The notes beneath the pieces are model-generated. The model saw only the letters and a list, made by a program, of their open reading frames with translations. It was not told the DNA's origin and ran no database searches. A stretch of 64,000 nucleotides of DNA from Diplonema japonicum (lineage: Eukaryota; Protista; Euglenozoa: Diplonemea). The stretch is taken from contig OZ025756.1 of the NCBI GenBank assembly GCA_964019335.1, positions 124,001 through 188,000 on the forward strand, given 5' to 3'. Position numbers and translations under genes: made by a program. Of the stretch, positions 54,836-64,000 are shown piece by piece. How positions within the stretch are numbered: the first letter of the stretch is position 1; every line of letters starts with the position of its first letter.

Positions 54836-56980
54836 CTAAGTAAACTGACGAACAGAAATCGTCTCATCGCACTGCAGTTCTATATGCACCAGATGCATCA
54901 TTGCCCCATTAGGTGCCTCCTGGTTCCCTTGTTTCGACATGTTTAGCCCCTCTAGATCTGTCAGATCGAAGGGAGTGGCAAAATAGCACAAAACACAACA
55001 ACGAATGGCATCGCTGCACAGTGAACTGCTCACCACCACACCAGTTCCAAGAACAGTCACAAACTTCTGCCTCTTGTCCCCCACCGTCCCGTGAAACATG
55101 GTGCTCGTCGACATCCCCACATGGATCGAGGCTGCACCCCCAAGGTCAGACACCCCAAGCATCCTCACAAACACCAACGAGTTCTCAACATGTGTGGGGC
55201 ATGGTTTGGTGCAGTTCCAGCTGACGGCGATCCTGTTCCCCTGAAGCGACACCACTGCTCCGTGTGACCTCTCCGTGCATGTCAGTATCTTAGCAAGCCC
55301 AGTATGCATCGTATAACTCACTTCGCTGCCTGACTCGTAGCTCCCAAGTACAAATTCCGCATGGCTAACAGTGGCGGAGATGCTGTGCTGAAGGGGAGTA
55401 AGTTTCCACGAGTGGTAGGTTATAGAGCTGTCCTCGGTATCACATCTTGCGGAGGAGTGCACAGTTGATGCTGGTGAGTGGGGTGCCTCATTGCTACATG
55501 TCCTGTCCTCCCTCTTCAGCTTAAGTTGTTGCTCCACAAAGGACTTCCTCTCAAGAAGGGAACGGGGGAGAAGAAGGGAGGGGTATATCACACCACCCAC
55601 ACCCTTCAGTTCAGTCGCCCCCATCGGGATGACAGAGACAGAGTCAAGGGGACCAACAGCCTCCATCACCTCAGAAGTGACAGCAACAGCCCCACCCACA
55701 CAGACCCCTTCCATCCGAGCCGCCTTGTTCACAGTGTTCCCAAAGTAGTCGTACCTCCCTGTCAGGGTGTTCAGTTGTACCGAAACATCACCACAGTGAA
55801 CACCCACACGAACCCTGAGACCACACCAAGGGCCTTCAGGCCGCCACGTACAGTGTTCGAGTGTCAGAAGCTCCTCAGGCCACACACTGTTCACAAGCCT
55901 CTCCTGAACAGACAGACCGAACCACACCGCATCAGAAGCACTCTCAAAGGCCACCATGAAGGAGTCCCCAATGGTCTTCACCTCGTACCCATTGTGCTCA
56001 GCGATGCAGTCCCGTATTGCCTGGTTGTGAACCTGAAGTCCCTCCTTCATCCCTTCTGGACATGCCTCCCATGTTGCCGTCGATCCTTGGATGTCGGTGA
56101 AGACAAGGGTTACCCTTTCGGACTTCAGTCCAGGAACGGGAACGTCTAGTTCAGGTGGGCCCTCGCTGTGCATGTTGTGGAAGAGTGCATCGGGGAGGTA
56201 GGGGCGGTAAATCTCAAGGTTTTCAAGAATCTTGTTGAAAGACTCGTAAAGGGGAGGGGGGAGGGAGGCTGTTGAGATGATGGCCTCGGCTGAGACAAGG
56301 TCGAAGCGGGAGAGGGAGGTCGCGATGTCCTCTGTGGCGGCGATCACTTTGTTCATCTTGTCGTGTTCTGTGTGAAGACCAACAGCGAAGCCTCGGGTGA
56401 AGTAGAAGTCGAGGAGGAAGACCAGAACCTGCCCAAAGTAGGCAGGTACAGCTGTGGTATACCCCACAGGGCAAGGAAGGGTGACGCAGTCGCAAGCCTC
56501 TCGGCGGTTTTCCTGCGAGTCAAAGAAGGGTAGGTCGAAGATGCCGAAGCGATGGGTGGTTTCGAAGAAGAGAATGGTCAGCCAGACAATCAAAGATATT
56601 ATTAAAGCAGTGGCAACCCGGCTGTCAAGGCGGCAGACAAGGCAGATGTCTATGAGGACGACAAAGAAGGGCCACGACCTGTTGCCTTGGTTCTGCGCTG
56701 CAAGGTATGCGTCAGCCGACAAGAACATTGCACCTAAAAACCCCAACCAAGCCACCATCACAGCGTGCCGAAGCTTTCTTTCAACCACAATCTGCACGAG
56801 GAAAAAAAGCGATAGAAAAGTGATTCCGAACCTCCGCCACCAGATGTACTGTGCAGCAGGGATAAGCAGCGACAATCCATAGTACGTAGAACACGACACA
56901 CACGAAATGATAACAACCTTCCTTCGAAAAGCAGTCAGCGAATTGTCAGACTCTCTCCAAAGCTCCTTTAACAAAGGCAT
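54836..56980 (-). CDS. Polytopic adenylate cyclase
   Basis: Start MPLLKELW after an A-rich run; all motifs. Confidence 0.92.
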   Translation of the reverse strand: MPLLKELWRESDNSLTAFRRKVVIISCVSCSTYYGLSLLIPAAQYIWWRRFGITFLSLFFLVQIVVERKLRHAVMVAWLGFLGAMFLSADAYLAAQNQGNRSWPFFVVLIDICLVCRLDSRVATALIISLIVWLTILFFETTHRFGIFDLPFFDSQENRREACDCVTLPCPVGYTTAVPAYFGQVLVFLLDFYFTRGFAVGLHTEHDKMNKVIAATEDIATSLSRFDLVSAEAIISTASLPPPLYESFNKILENLEIYRPYLPDALFHNMHSEGPPELDVPVPGLKSERVTLVFTDIQGSTATWEACPEGMKEGLQVHNQAIRDCIAEHNGYEVKTIGDSFMVAFESASDAVWFGLSVQERLVNSVWPEELLTLEHCTWRPEGPWCGLRVRVGVHCGDVSVQLNTLTGRYDYFGNTVNKAARMEGVCVGGAVAVTSEVMEAVGPLDSVSVIPMGATELKGVGGVIYPSLLLPRSLLERKSFVEQQLKLKREDRTCSNEAPHSPASTVHSSARCDTEDSSITYHSWKLTPLQHSISATVSHAEFVLGSYESGSEVSYTMHTGLAKILTCTERSHGAVVSLQGNRIAVSWNCTKPCPTHVENSLVFVRMLGVSDLGGAASIHVGMSTSTMFHGTVGDKRQKFVTVLGTGVVVSSSLCSDAIRCCVLCYFATPFDLTDLEGLNMSKQGNQEAPNGAMMHLVHIELQCDETISVRQFT

Positions 56981-57119
56981 TTTCTTTTTTTTTTTTTTTT
57001 TTCTTTTCTTTTCTTCCTTCTTGGGTTGTGGCGACATCTGAAGAAGGAACAAATACACAAATAGGGCGTAGCTGGGAAGGAGGAATTCTCGCACCTACCC
57101 ACACCCGCACATAATGGTA

Positions 57120-59315
57120 TTAAAAATTAAAAGAATTGCTGGAAAGCAACTCACCCCCACTATTCTGTGTTAAGTCTGCGTTCATCTCCTCGACACTATC
57201 GAATACTTGGACTACTGTTATGATGGACTCCGCAGCACACATTGGGAACGCATCAACCTCCCAGCAACATCGAGGTCCGTCAGGTGCCTCGTGGCTACCT
57301 TTTGCTGTGATTTTGACTCCAACAGGTACTTTCGTTAGCTCGAAGGGGGAAGCATAGTAGCACAGAACACCACTGCATACAGCAGCGCTACACATTTTGT
57401 TACTCACCACCACATCAATCCCAAGAACGGTTACAAACTTCTGTCTGTTGTCCCCCACCGTCCCGTGAAACATGGTGCTCGTCGACATCCCCACATGGAT
57501 CGAGGCCTCACCCCCAAGGTCAGACACCCCAAGCATCCTCACAAACACCAACGAGTTCTCAACATGTGTGGTGCATGGTCTCATACAGTTCCAGCTTATT
57601 TGTACCAGGTTCCCCTGAAGCGACACCACTGCTCCGTGTGACCTCTCCGTGCACGTCAGTATCTTCGCAAGCCCGGTATTCATCGCACTACCCACTTCGC
57701 TGCCTGACTCGTAGCTCCCAAGCAGAATTTCAACCTTTCCAACAGTGCCTGAAGTGCTTTGCAGCACATCAGCCGATGTGGCAATACCGCAGCATGTTGC
57801 TTGAGATGGTTTCGGTCTTCTTATTCTCTTCACATCGAACCCCCTATCCCCTCTGTCTAACAATAGTTGCTGTTTGGCAAATAGTTTCCTCCCAAGAAGG
57901 GAACAGGGGAGAAGAAGTGAGGGGCTTATCACACCACCCACACCCTTCAGTTTAGTCCCCATCGGGATGACAGAGACAGAGTCAAGGGGACCAACAGCCT
58001 CCATCACCTCAGGAGTGACAGCAACAGCCCCACCCACACAAGCCCCTTCCATCCGAGCCGCCTTGTTCACAGTGTTCCCAAAGTAGTCGTACCTCCCTGT
58101 CAGGTTGTTCAGTTGTACCGAAACATCACCACAGTGAACACCCACACGAACCCTGAGACCACACCAAGGGCCTTCAGCATCCCACCAACAGCAGTTCAGT
58201 GTCAGAAGCTCTTCGGGCCACACACTCTTCAGAAGCCTCTCCTGAACAGACAGACCAAACCACACCGCATCAGAAGTACTCTCGAAGGCCACCATGAAGG
58301 AGTCCCCAATGGTCTTCACCTCGTACCCATTGTGCTCAGCGATGCAGTCCCGTATTGCCTTGTTGTGAACCTGAAGTCCCTCCTTCATCCCTTCTGGACA
58401 TGCCTCCCATGTTGCCGTCGATCCTTGGATGTCGGTGAAGACAAGGGTTGCTTGTCTTGTCGTCAATCCCGGTGCTGGTGCCTCTCTGGGTGTGCGCACT
58501 TCGCTGTGGAGCTCGTGGAAGAGTGCATCGGGGAGGTAGGGGCGGTATATCTCAAGGTTGGTGAGAATTCTGCTGAAGGCATCGTAAAGGGGAGGGGGGA
58601 GGGAGGCCGTTGAGATGATGGCCTTGGCTGAGACGAGGTCGAAGCGGGAGAGGGAGGTCGCGATGTCCTCTGTGGTAACAATCACCTTGTTCATCTTGTC
58701 GTGTTCTTTGTAAAAACCGACAGCGAAGAAGCGGGTGAAGTACAAATCGAAGAGGATGACTGCAGCTTGACTAACGAAAGTTTGAAGGTTTCGCGCAAAG
58801 CTCACAGGGCAAGGGAGGTCGGCACAGTTAACAGTAGAACGACGATCTTCCTGTGACTCAAGGAAGGAGAGGTCGTAGAGGCCAAAACGGTACCTGTTCT
58901 CGAGGAAGAGAACGAATAGCCAAGTGCACACGGTTGTGACAAGGCATGTGAACACATGGCTGTCGAGACGGCAGACGAAACTAAGATCAATTAGGAGGAC
59001 GAATACCGGCCAAGCCCTTCCAAGGCCACCAGTGACAAGGAAAAGGTCCGCAACAAGAACCATGACACCCCATAAAACAATCCACGCACCAACGAAGACC
59101 GACCGCAGCTTCCTCTCAATCAAGATCTGCAAGAAGACCGGCAGTGACACGACAGACACAAGCAGCCTGTAGGGCAACGCGATGTTTGAAGCCACTAAAA
59201 ACAACAACGAGAAAGCAACACTTATTAGAGACGCAATAAGTAAGACCCGCTTGCTGAGGGCTGTCATTCGGTCATCCGTCGGAAGCACAGCGTGTGTGAA
59301 CAGGAAGCATCGCAT
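57120..59315 (-). CDS. Polytopic adenylate cyclase
   Basis: 731 aa; all motifs. Confidence 0.93.
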   Translation of the reverse strand: MRCFLFTHAVLPTDDRMTALSKRVLLIASLISVAFSLLFLVASNIALPYRLLVSVVSLPVFLQILIERKLRSVFVGAWIVLWGVMVLVADLFLVTGGLGRAWPVFVLLIDLSFVCRLDSHVFTCLVTTVCTWLFVLFLENRYRFGLYDLSFLESQEDRRSTVNCADLPCPVSFARNLQTFVSQAAVILFDLYFTRFFAVGFYKEHDKMNKVIVTTEDIATSLSRFDLVSAKAIISTASLPPPLYDAFSRILTNLEIYRPYLPDALFHELHSEVRTPREAPAPGLTTRQATLVFTDIQGSTATWEACPEGMKEGLQVHNKAIRDCIAEHNGYEVKTIGDSFMVAFESTSDAVWFGLSVQERLLKSVWPEELLTLNCCWWDAEGPWCGLRVRVGVHCGDVSVQLNNLTGRYDYFGNTVNKAARMEGACVGGAVAVTPEVMEAVGPLDSVSVIPMGTKLKGVGGVISPSLLLPCSLLGRKLFAKQQLLLDRGDRGFDVKRIRRPKPSQATCCGIATSADVLQSTSGTVGKVEILLGSYESGSEVGSAMNTGLAKILTCTERSHGAVVSLQGNLVQISWNCMRPCTTHVENSLVFVRMLGVSDLGGEASIHVGMSTSTMFHGTVGDNRQKFVTVLGIDVVVSNKMCSAAVCSGVLCYYASPFELTKVPVGVKITAKGSHEAPDGPRCCWEVDAFPMCAAESIITVVQVFDSVEEMNADLTQNSGGELLSSNSFNF

Positions 59316-59416
59316 GTTTAGCCCTCAATTTCTTTGTTTACATGTAGATAACATCATGATTGGGTGGGGTAAAAATGTCGTTTATTACACAAAGTGGCGC
59401 TAGAAAGCTACCTGCC

Positions 59417-61570
59417 CTATTGGCCAGAGAGAGAGCGTACAAGCGTTGAAGCATCGTCATACACCGCGAGCTCTACCCGCTTCATGTGTGTGCCGTCGGG
59501 AGTTGCATAAGGACTGCTATTCTTCATGGATAGCCCTTGCATCTCTGCGAGGTCAAAGACAGAGGCATAGTAGCACAGAACGTTATTGGCAACGGCATCG
59601 CTGCACAGTGAACTGCTCACCACCACACCAGTTCCAAGAACAGTCATGAACTTCTGTCGATTGCCCCCTACCGTCCCGTGGTAAACTTTGCTCGTCGAGA
59701 TCCCCATGGAGATCATTGCCTCACTCCAAGAAGAAACCCCAAGCATCTTCACAAACACAAACGCATTCTCAACATGTGTGGAACATGGTTTGGTGCAGTT
59801 CCAGCTCACCTGTACCTGGTTCCCCTGAAGCGACACCACTGCTCCGTGTGACCTCTCCGTGCACGTCAGTATCTTAGCAAGCCCAGCATTCATTACCATA
59901 GCTACACTTGCGGACGAATCGTAACTCCCAAGCACTACCTCAACTTTCCCGATTGTAGCGGAAGTGCTCTGTTGAAAGAGATTGAGCATTGAGGTGCTGC
60001 TCCCTTGGCTTGAGATCGTCTGTTCTGATCCGTGCATGGAGACTATTCTCGGAAGAAGGGTATTATCCGACACGCATAACTTGCCTTCAGTTCGGTTTAA
60101 CAAGTGCTGCTCCACAAAGGACGTCCTCCCAAGAAGGGAACGGGGGAGGAGAAGGAAGGGGTTTATTGAGCCACCCACACCCTTCAGTTCAGTCTGCCCC
60201 ATCGGGATGACAGAGACAGAGTCAAGGGGACCAGCTGCCTCCATCACCTCAGGAGTGACAGCAACAGCCCCACCCACACAAGCCCCTTCCATCCGAGCCG
60301 CCTTGTTCACAGTGTTCCCAAAGTAGTCGTACCTCCCTGTCAGGTTGTTCAGTTGTACCGAAACATCACCACAGTGAACACCCACACGAACCCTGAGACC
60401 ACACCAAGGGCCTTCGGACTTCCGCTTACAGGACTCGAGATCTAAAAGCTCCTCAGGCCACACACTGTTCACAAGCCTCTCCTGAACAGACAGACCAAAC
60501 CACACCGCATCAGAAGTACTCTCGAAGGCCACCATGAAAGCATCCCCAATGGTCTTCACCTCGTACCCATTGTGCTCAGCGATGCAGTCCCGTATTGCCT
60601 GGTTGTGAACCTGAAGTCCCTCCTTCATCCCTTCTGGACATGCCTCCCATGTTGCCGTCGATCCTTGGATGTCGGTGAAGACGAGGGAAGCGTTCTGTGA
60701 CTGTAACCCGGGTGCCGGGATGTCCTTTCTATGTGCGTAACTCTCGCTGTGCATGCTGTGGAAGAGTGCATCGGGGAGGTAGGGGCGGTAGTCCTTCAGA
60801 TTTTCAAGGATTGTGCTGAAGGCATCGTAAAGGGGAGGGGGGAGGGAGGCGGTTGAGATGATGGCCTTGGCTGAGACAAGGTCGAAGCGGGAGAGGGAGG
60901 TCGCGATGTCCTCTGTGGCGGCGATCACCTTGTTCATCTTGTCGTGTTCTTTACGAAGGCCATGCGCGAAGCCTCGGGTGAAGTAGAAGTCGAGGAGAAA
61001 CACAGCTACTTGCCCTGCGAACAACTCCGTACTGAGTGAGAAACCAATAGCGCAGGGGATCTCGGCACAGTCGACTCTCGAGCGACGATCTTCCTGTGAC
61101 TCGAGGAAGGAGAGGTCGTAGAGGCCAAAGCGGTAGGCGTTCTCGAAGAAGGTAATGAACAACCAAGTAACTATCATGAAGATGAGACCGGTAGCCACGC
61201 GGCTATCGAGCCGGCTGACAAGGCAGATATCGACCAGAAGGACGAAACTGGGCCACGTCCGTGTGTGGTTGCCCTCTACGATCAAATCCAAGTCAGACAC
61301 AACTAGCACAGCACCCATTAAATACATCCACACACTGATTACACCTGTGCGCAGCCGCCGCTCCAGCATCATCTGCAAGAAGACTACGAGCGACACGACG
61401 CTGATGAACAGCCTTCTCCACCACACGTGCGGGAGGGAATCGTGCAGAAGCAGGAAAGAGTCAACTATGAAGATGCACAGAGTTGCAATCACCATGATCT
61501 TCTTGCTGAAAACTGTATGCGCGTCGTCCGTTGGTACTACTGCGCGTGTGAACAGGAAACACGGAGGCAT
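59417..61570 (-). CDS. Polytopic adenylate cyclase
   Basis: 717 aa; all motifs. Confidence 0.93.
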   Translation of the reverse strand: MPPCFLFTRAVVPTDDAHTVFSKKIMVIATLCIFIVDSFLLLHDSLPHVWWRRLFISVVSLVVFLQMMLERRLRTGVISVWMYLMGAVLVVSDLDLIVEGNHTRTWPSFVLLVDICLVSRLDSRVATGLIFMIVTWLFITFFENAYRFGLYDLSFLESQEDRRSRVDCAEIPCAIGFSLSTELFAGQVAVFLLDFYFTRGFAHGLRKEHDKMNKVIAATEDIATSLSRFDLVSAKAIISTASLPPPLYDAFSTILENLKDYRPYLPDALFHSMHSESYAHRKDIPAPGLQSQNASLVFTDIQGSTATWEACPEGMKEGLQVHNQAIRDCIAEHNGYEVKTIGDAFMVAFESTSDAVWFGLSVQERLVNSVWPEELLDLESCKRKSEGPWCGLRVRVGVHCGDVSVQLNNLTGRYDYFGNTVNKAARMEGACVGGAVAVTPEVMEAAGPLDSVSVIPMGQTELKGVGGSINPFLLLPRSLLGRTSFVEQHLLNRTEGKLCVSDNTLLPRIVSMHGSEQTISSQGSSTSMLNLFQQSTSATIGKVEVVLGSYDSSASVAMVMNAGLAKILTCTERSHGAVVSLQGNQVQVSWNCTKPCSTHVENAFVFVKMLGVSSWSEAMISMGISTSKVYHGTVGGNRQKFMTVLGTGVVVSSSLCSDAVANNVLCYYASVFDLAEMQGLSMKNSSPYATPDGTHMKRVELAVYDDASTLVRSLSGQ

Positions 61571-62180
61571 GGGTTGCGTTGGCTTTTTTCTTTCTTTTTT
61601 TTTTTTCTTTTCCTTTTTTTTTTTTTTAAAAAAGCTAGTTTTGGAAGTTCGTTGTGATGTTTTTTGTGTCGCAGCTCAAAGCCAAGTACTGTAAACAATA
61701 AAGTATCGGGGGTACAAACTTTTGTCTTCCGGGCGTTTTGGGCTCCCTGGTATATTTTCCTTCCGGAATTAATTATTTTGCAGTATTCAAAAAAAAAAAA
61801 AAGGAAAGAAAAAAAAGAAGAAGAAGAAAGGTAACGTGTTGAAAGTATCAATTTCTTTTTTTGCAAAAAGGGGTTCCTAAAAGGGATCTTCTTGCTGATG
61901 ATCAGCGGGCGGGTTTGTCTCGACATTATAAAAAGAAGAGGGGGCGGGGGGATCAAAATAGAAGGAACCGATTCAATAGCTTTCTCATTCCGGAGTAAAG
62001 TGCCTGGCGAAAACAAAACAAAACAACGAAAAAGCAGCGTTAAATTGGATAGAGCGGAGGCATAGTAAACTCGGATGTTTAAGAAAAGAAGAAAAAAAAA
62101 AAAAAAAAAGAGAGAGAGAAAAGAAAAACAAGGAAAAGGGAGAGGAAGGAAAGACAGCTTTTATGTTTCTCATATCTTTA

Positions 62181-62211
<31 letters not shown>

Positions 62212-62293
62212 CGTCGCCTCAGAAATGGGGACAGGTGTAAGCAACAACCCAACGCACAAAAAAAAAAACCCCCCAGCGTGTTGTTCAGCGTAT

Positions 62294-63349
62294 TTACATC
62301 AAAGCGCATTCACACGAAGATCCCCCGAGCATATTTTTGGCCGAAGAACTCGAAGCCGTCTGTCTGGCTGTCTGGCCATTGTTGTTCTTTGCCTTGCGGT
62401 TCGCGTTGTGTGAGATGAGGAAGCGAAGCATTGCCACCGCATTGCTACGAGCTGCATGGTGCAGGGCCGTGTCCCCATTCCCGTCCTTGCGGTCGACATC
62501 GTCCCCTAGGCTTAATAACACCTGCACCGTGCTGACGTTCTTGTCATCCTGCACAGCGTAGTGAATGGCGCATTTCCCGCACCTGCTGCGTGTCTCAAGC
62601 TGTTCCCTGCCACCCACAGACACGATGGCCCGCAAGGCTTCAGGGGCGTTATACTCAGCAGCTACATGAACAGCCTGCTGGCCCCAGTTGTAGCCGTCCA
62701 GTCCGTTGACCGACTTAGGGTTGGCTGTCAGCATAGTGCGGACGACAGAGCTCACTGCCTCCTTGTTGTTGGTGGTGGTGAGCACTCTGCTGAGCATCTC
62801 AGAGGTTGAGAACTTCATCGCTGTTTGTGGCGGTGCGTAGTTAAGGGGTGTCTGCTTCCCACCGTTTGTAAAGCTAACCAGCGCTCCGTAGGTACTTGTG
62901 TGGCCTTCGACCATCATGTTGATGATGTTCAAGGCACCCGCCTTGAACGCTTCGAGCAAGGGCGGCGTGTCCGTGATGCCCATCATACCCTTTCTCGCAA
63001 ACCAGTATTCGCTGAGCGTTGTATCCCCTCTATACGGCCTGTGGATGTGGTCTTTGAACTTTGCCAGGTTGTCCGTCCGCATGATGTCCAGCGCTTCCGT
63101 CTCCATGCTGGCGTCGCGTTCCGTCCCTCGTGCGACTCCTTCCAGACGTCGGTTTTCCTGGTCTTCTAGAAACTTGTCTTTCCTGTCTTCCTGTTCTTGA
63201 CGTTTAAGCAGGTGTTTCCGGAGTTCCTCCGCCGCCTGAGCCGCCCTGAATGAGGCTTCTTTCGACTCTCTGTGAAGCTTTGCTTGATCTTCCTTCTGCT
63301 TTCGTTTCATCCGCTCCCATTTCTCGTCGTTGTTCGGAAACGATACCAT
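62294..63349 (-). CDS. Ankyrin-repeat protein with an N-terminal coiled coil and C-terminal CaaX
   Basis: GQQAVHVAA, GKCAIHYAV, GDTALHHAA and GQTA ankyrin motifs; ends CECALM. Confidence 0.85.
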   Translation of the reverse strand: MVSFPNNDEKWERMKRKQKEDQAKLHRESKEASFRAAQAAEELRKHLLKRQEQEDRKDKFLEDQENRRLEGVARGTERDASMETEALDIMRTDNLAKFKDHIHRPYRGDTTLSEYWFARKGMMGITDTPPLLEAFKAGALNIINMMVEGHTSTYGALVSFTNGGKQTPLNYAPPQTAMKFSTSEMLSRVLTTTNNKEAVSSVVRTMLTANPKSVNGLDGYNWGQQAVHVAAEYNAPEALRAIVSVGGREQLETRSRCGKCAIHYAVQDDKNVSTVQVLLSLGDDVDRKDGNGDTALHHAARSNAVAMLRFLISHNANRKAKNNNGQTARQTASSSSAKNMLGGSSCECALM

Positions 63350-63498
63350 TGTGTGTGTGTGTGTGCGTGTGTTTTTTTTTTTTTTTTTCTTTCCCACTTT
63401 TTTTCTTTTTTTTTTTTTCCGGTTGAGGCAGAGTCTAAACTACGACAAGGGGGGGGGGGGGGGGGGGGGGGGGGAAGAGAAAAAAAACTACGTTCGCA

Positions 63499-64000
63499 TC
63501 ACTCCACGCCGCTGGGGTCCCACGTGACACGCAGGTTGGAGTGCCACCCGTCGATCTCCCGCATGTGCTTGTCAGAGATCTCAAAGTCGAAGACGTTTCT
63601 GTTCTGCACCGCGCGTGCAGGGTTTGTCGTCTTGGGGATCGTGACGGCACCATGCTGCAGCGCCCACCGAATCAACAGCTGTGCGGGTGCCACAGGAGCC
63701 CCGTCTGCGTGGCTGTGCAGCCCGGCAAGGGAGGCAAGCTTCGTGTCGCTGAGAACCTGCGCCTTGGCGAGGGGAGAGTACCCCTCAACCACAATTCCGT
63801 GATCCTTGCAGAACGAGACAAGACTTTCGGGGCGCTGCCAAGGGTTCAGCTCGAATTGATTGAGTGCAGGGGGGGTCGCCACTTCACCAGAGTGGAGAAG
63901 GTCTTCCAAGTGGGGTATTAAAAAGTTTGACACCCCTATGGACCGTGTAAGCCCTGCGTCAAGCATGCGCTCCATGGAACGCCAGACTGCCACACGGTGC
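63499..64000 (-). CDS. Aldo-keto reductase (3' part; 5' end outside the window)
   Basis: RSIGVSNF, NQFELNP, GYSPLAKA, AQLLIRWALQHG, IPKT, N..VFDFEIS. Confidence 0.92.
   Translation of the reverse strand, partial: HRVAVWRSMERMLDAGLTRSIGVSNFLIPHLEDLLHSGEVATPPALNQFELNPWQRPESLVSFCKDHGIVVEGYSPLAKAQVLSDTKLASLAGLHSHADGAPVAPAQLLIRWALQHGAVTIPKTTNPARAVQNRNVFDFEISDKHMREIDGWHSNLRVTWDPSGVE

Noticed and set aside
21225-61694. Recurrent plus-strand ORFs (e.g. MYRNITTVNTHTNPETT...)
   Set aside because: Antisense shadows of the conserved cyclase core; they recur only because the sense DNA is near-identical.

Overview
Eukaryotic genomic DNA, most likely from a euglenozoan (diplonemid/kinetoplastid-like; inferred). 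Every recognisable gene is intronless and on the minus strand, and spacers are rich in long A/T and G/C homopolymers. The first ~18 kb holds single-copy genes: a frameshifted Cys-rich/mucin-like surface gene, a 2OG-Fe(II) oxygenase, two FkbM-type methyltransferases, a coiled-coil/PH protein, a PNKD/glyoxalase II-like hydrolase, an Hsp110/Grp170-like chaperone broken at a poly(A) run, and a divergent histone H2A. From ~18.8 to 61.6 kb lies a tandem array of polytopic class III adenylate cyclase genes: 13 full-length, one C-terminally truncated, and several deletion-collapsed relics. Each full-length gene has a highly variable multi-TM N-terminus, a nearly invariant catalytic domain with all canonical residues, and a second, degenerate cyclase-like domain. 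The copies are patchwork mosaics of each other, which points to segmental gene conversion in a diversifying receptor repertoire; this is the most notable system here. The window ends with a CaaX-bearing ankyrin protein and a partial aldo-keto reductase. Mobile DNA includes a pogo-like remnant, a MULE-like element with a nested LINE fragment, hAT-like MITEs, foldback elements and dispersed repeats.
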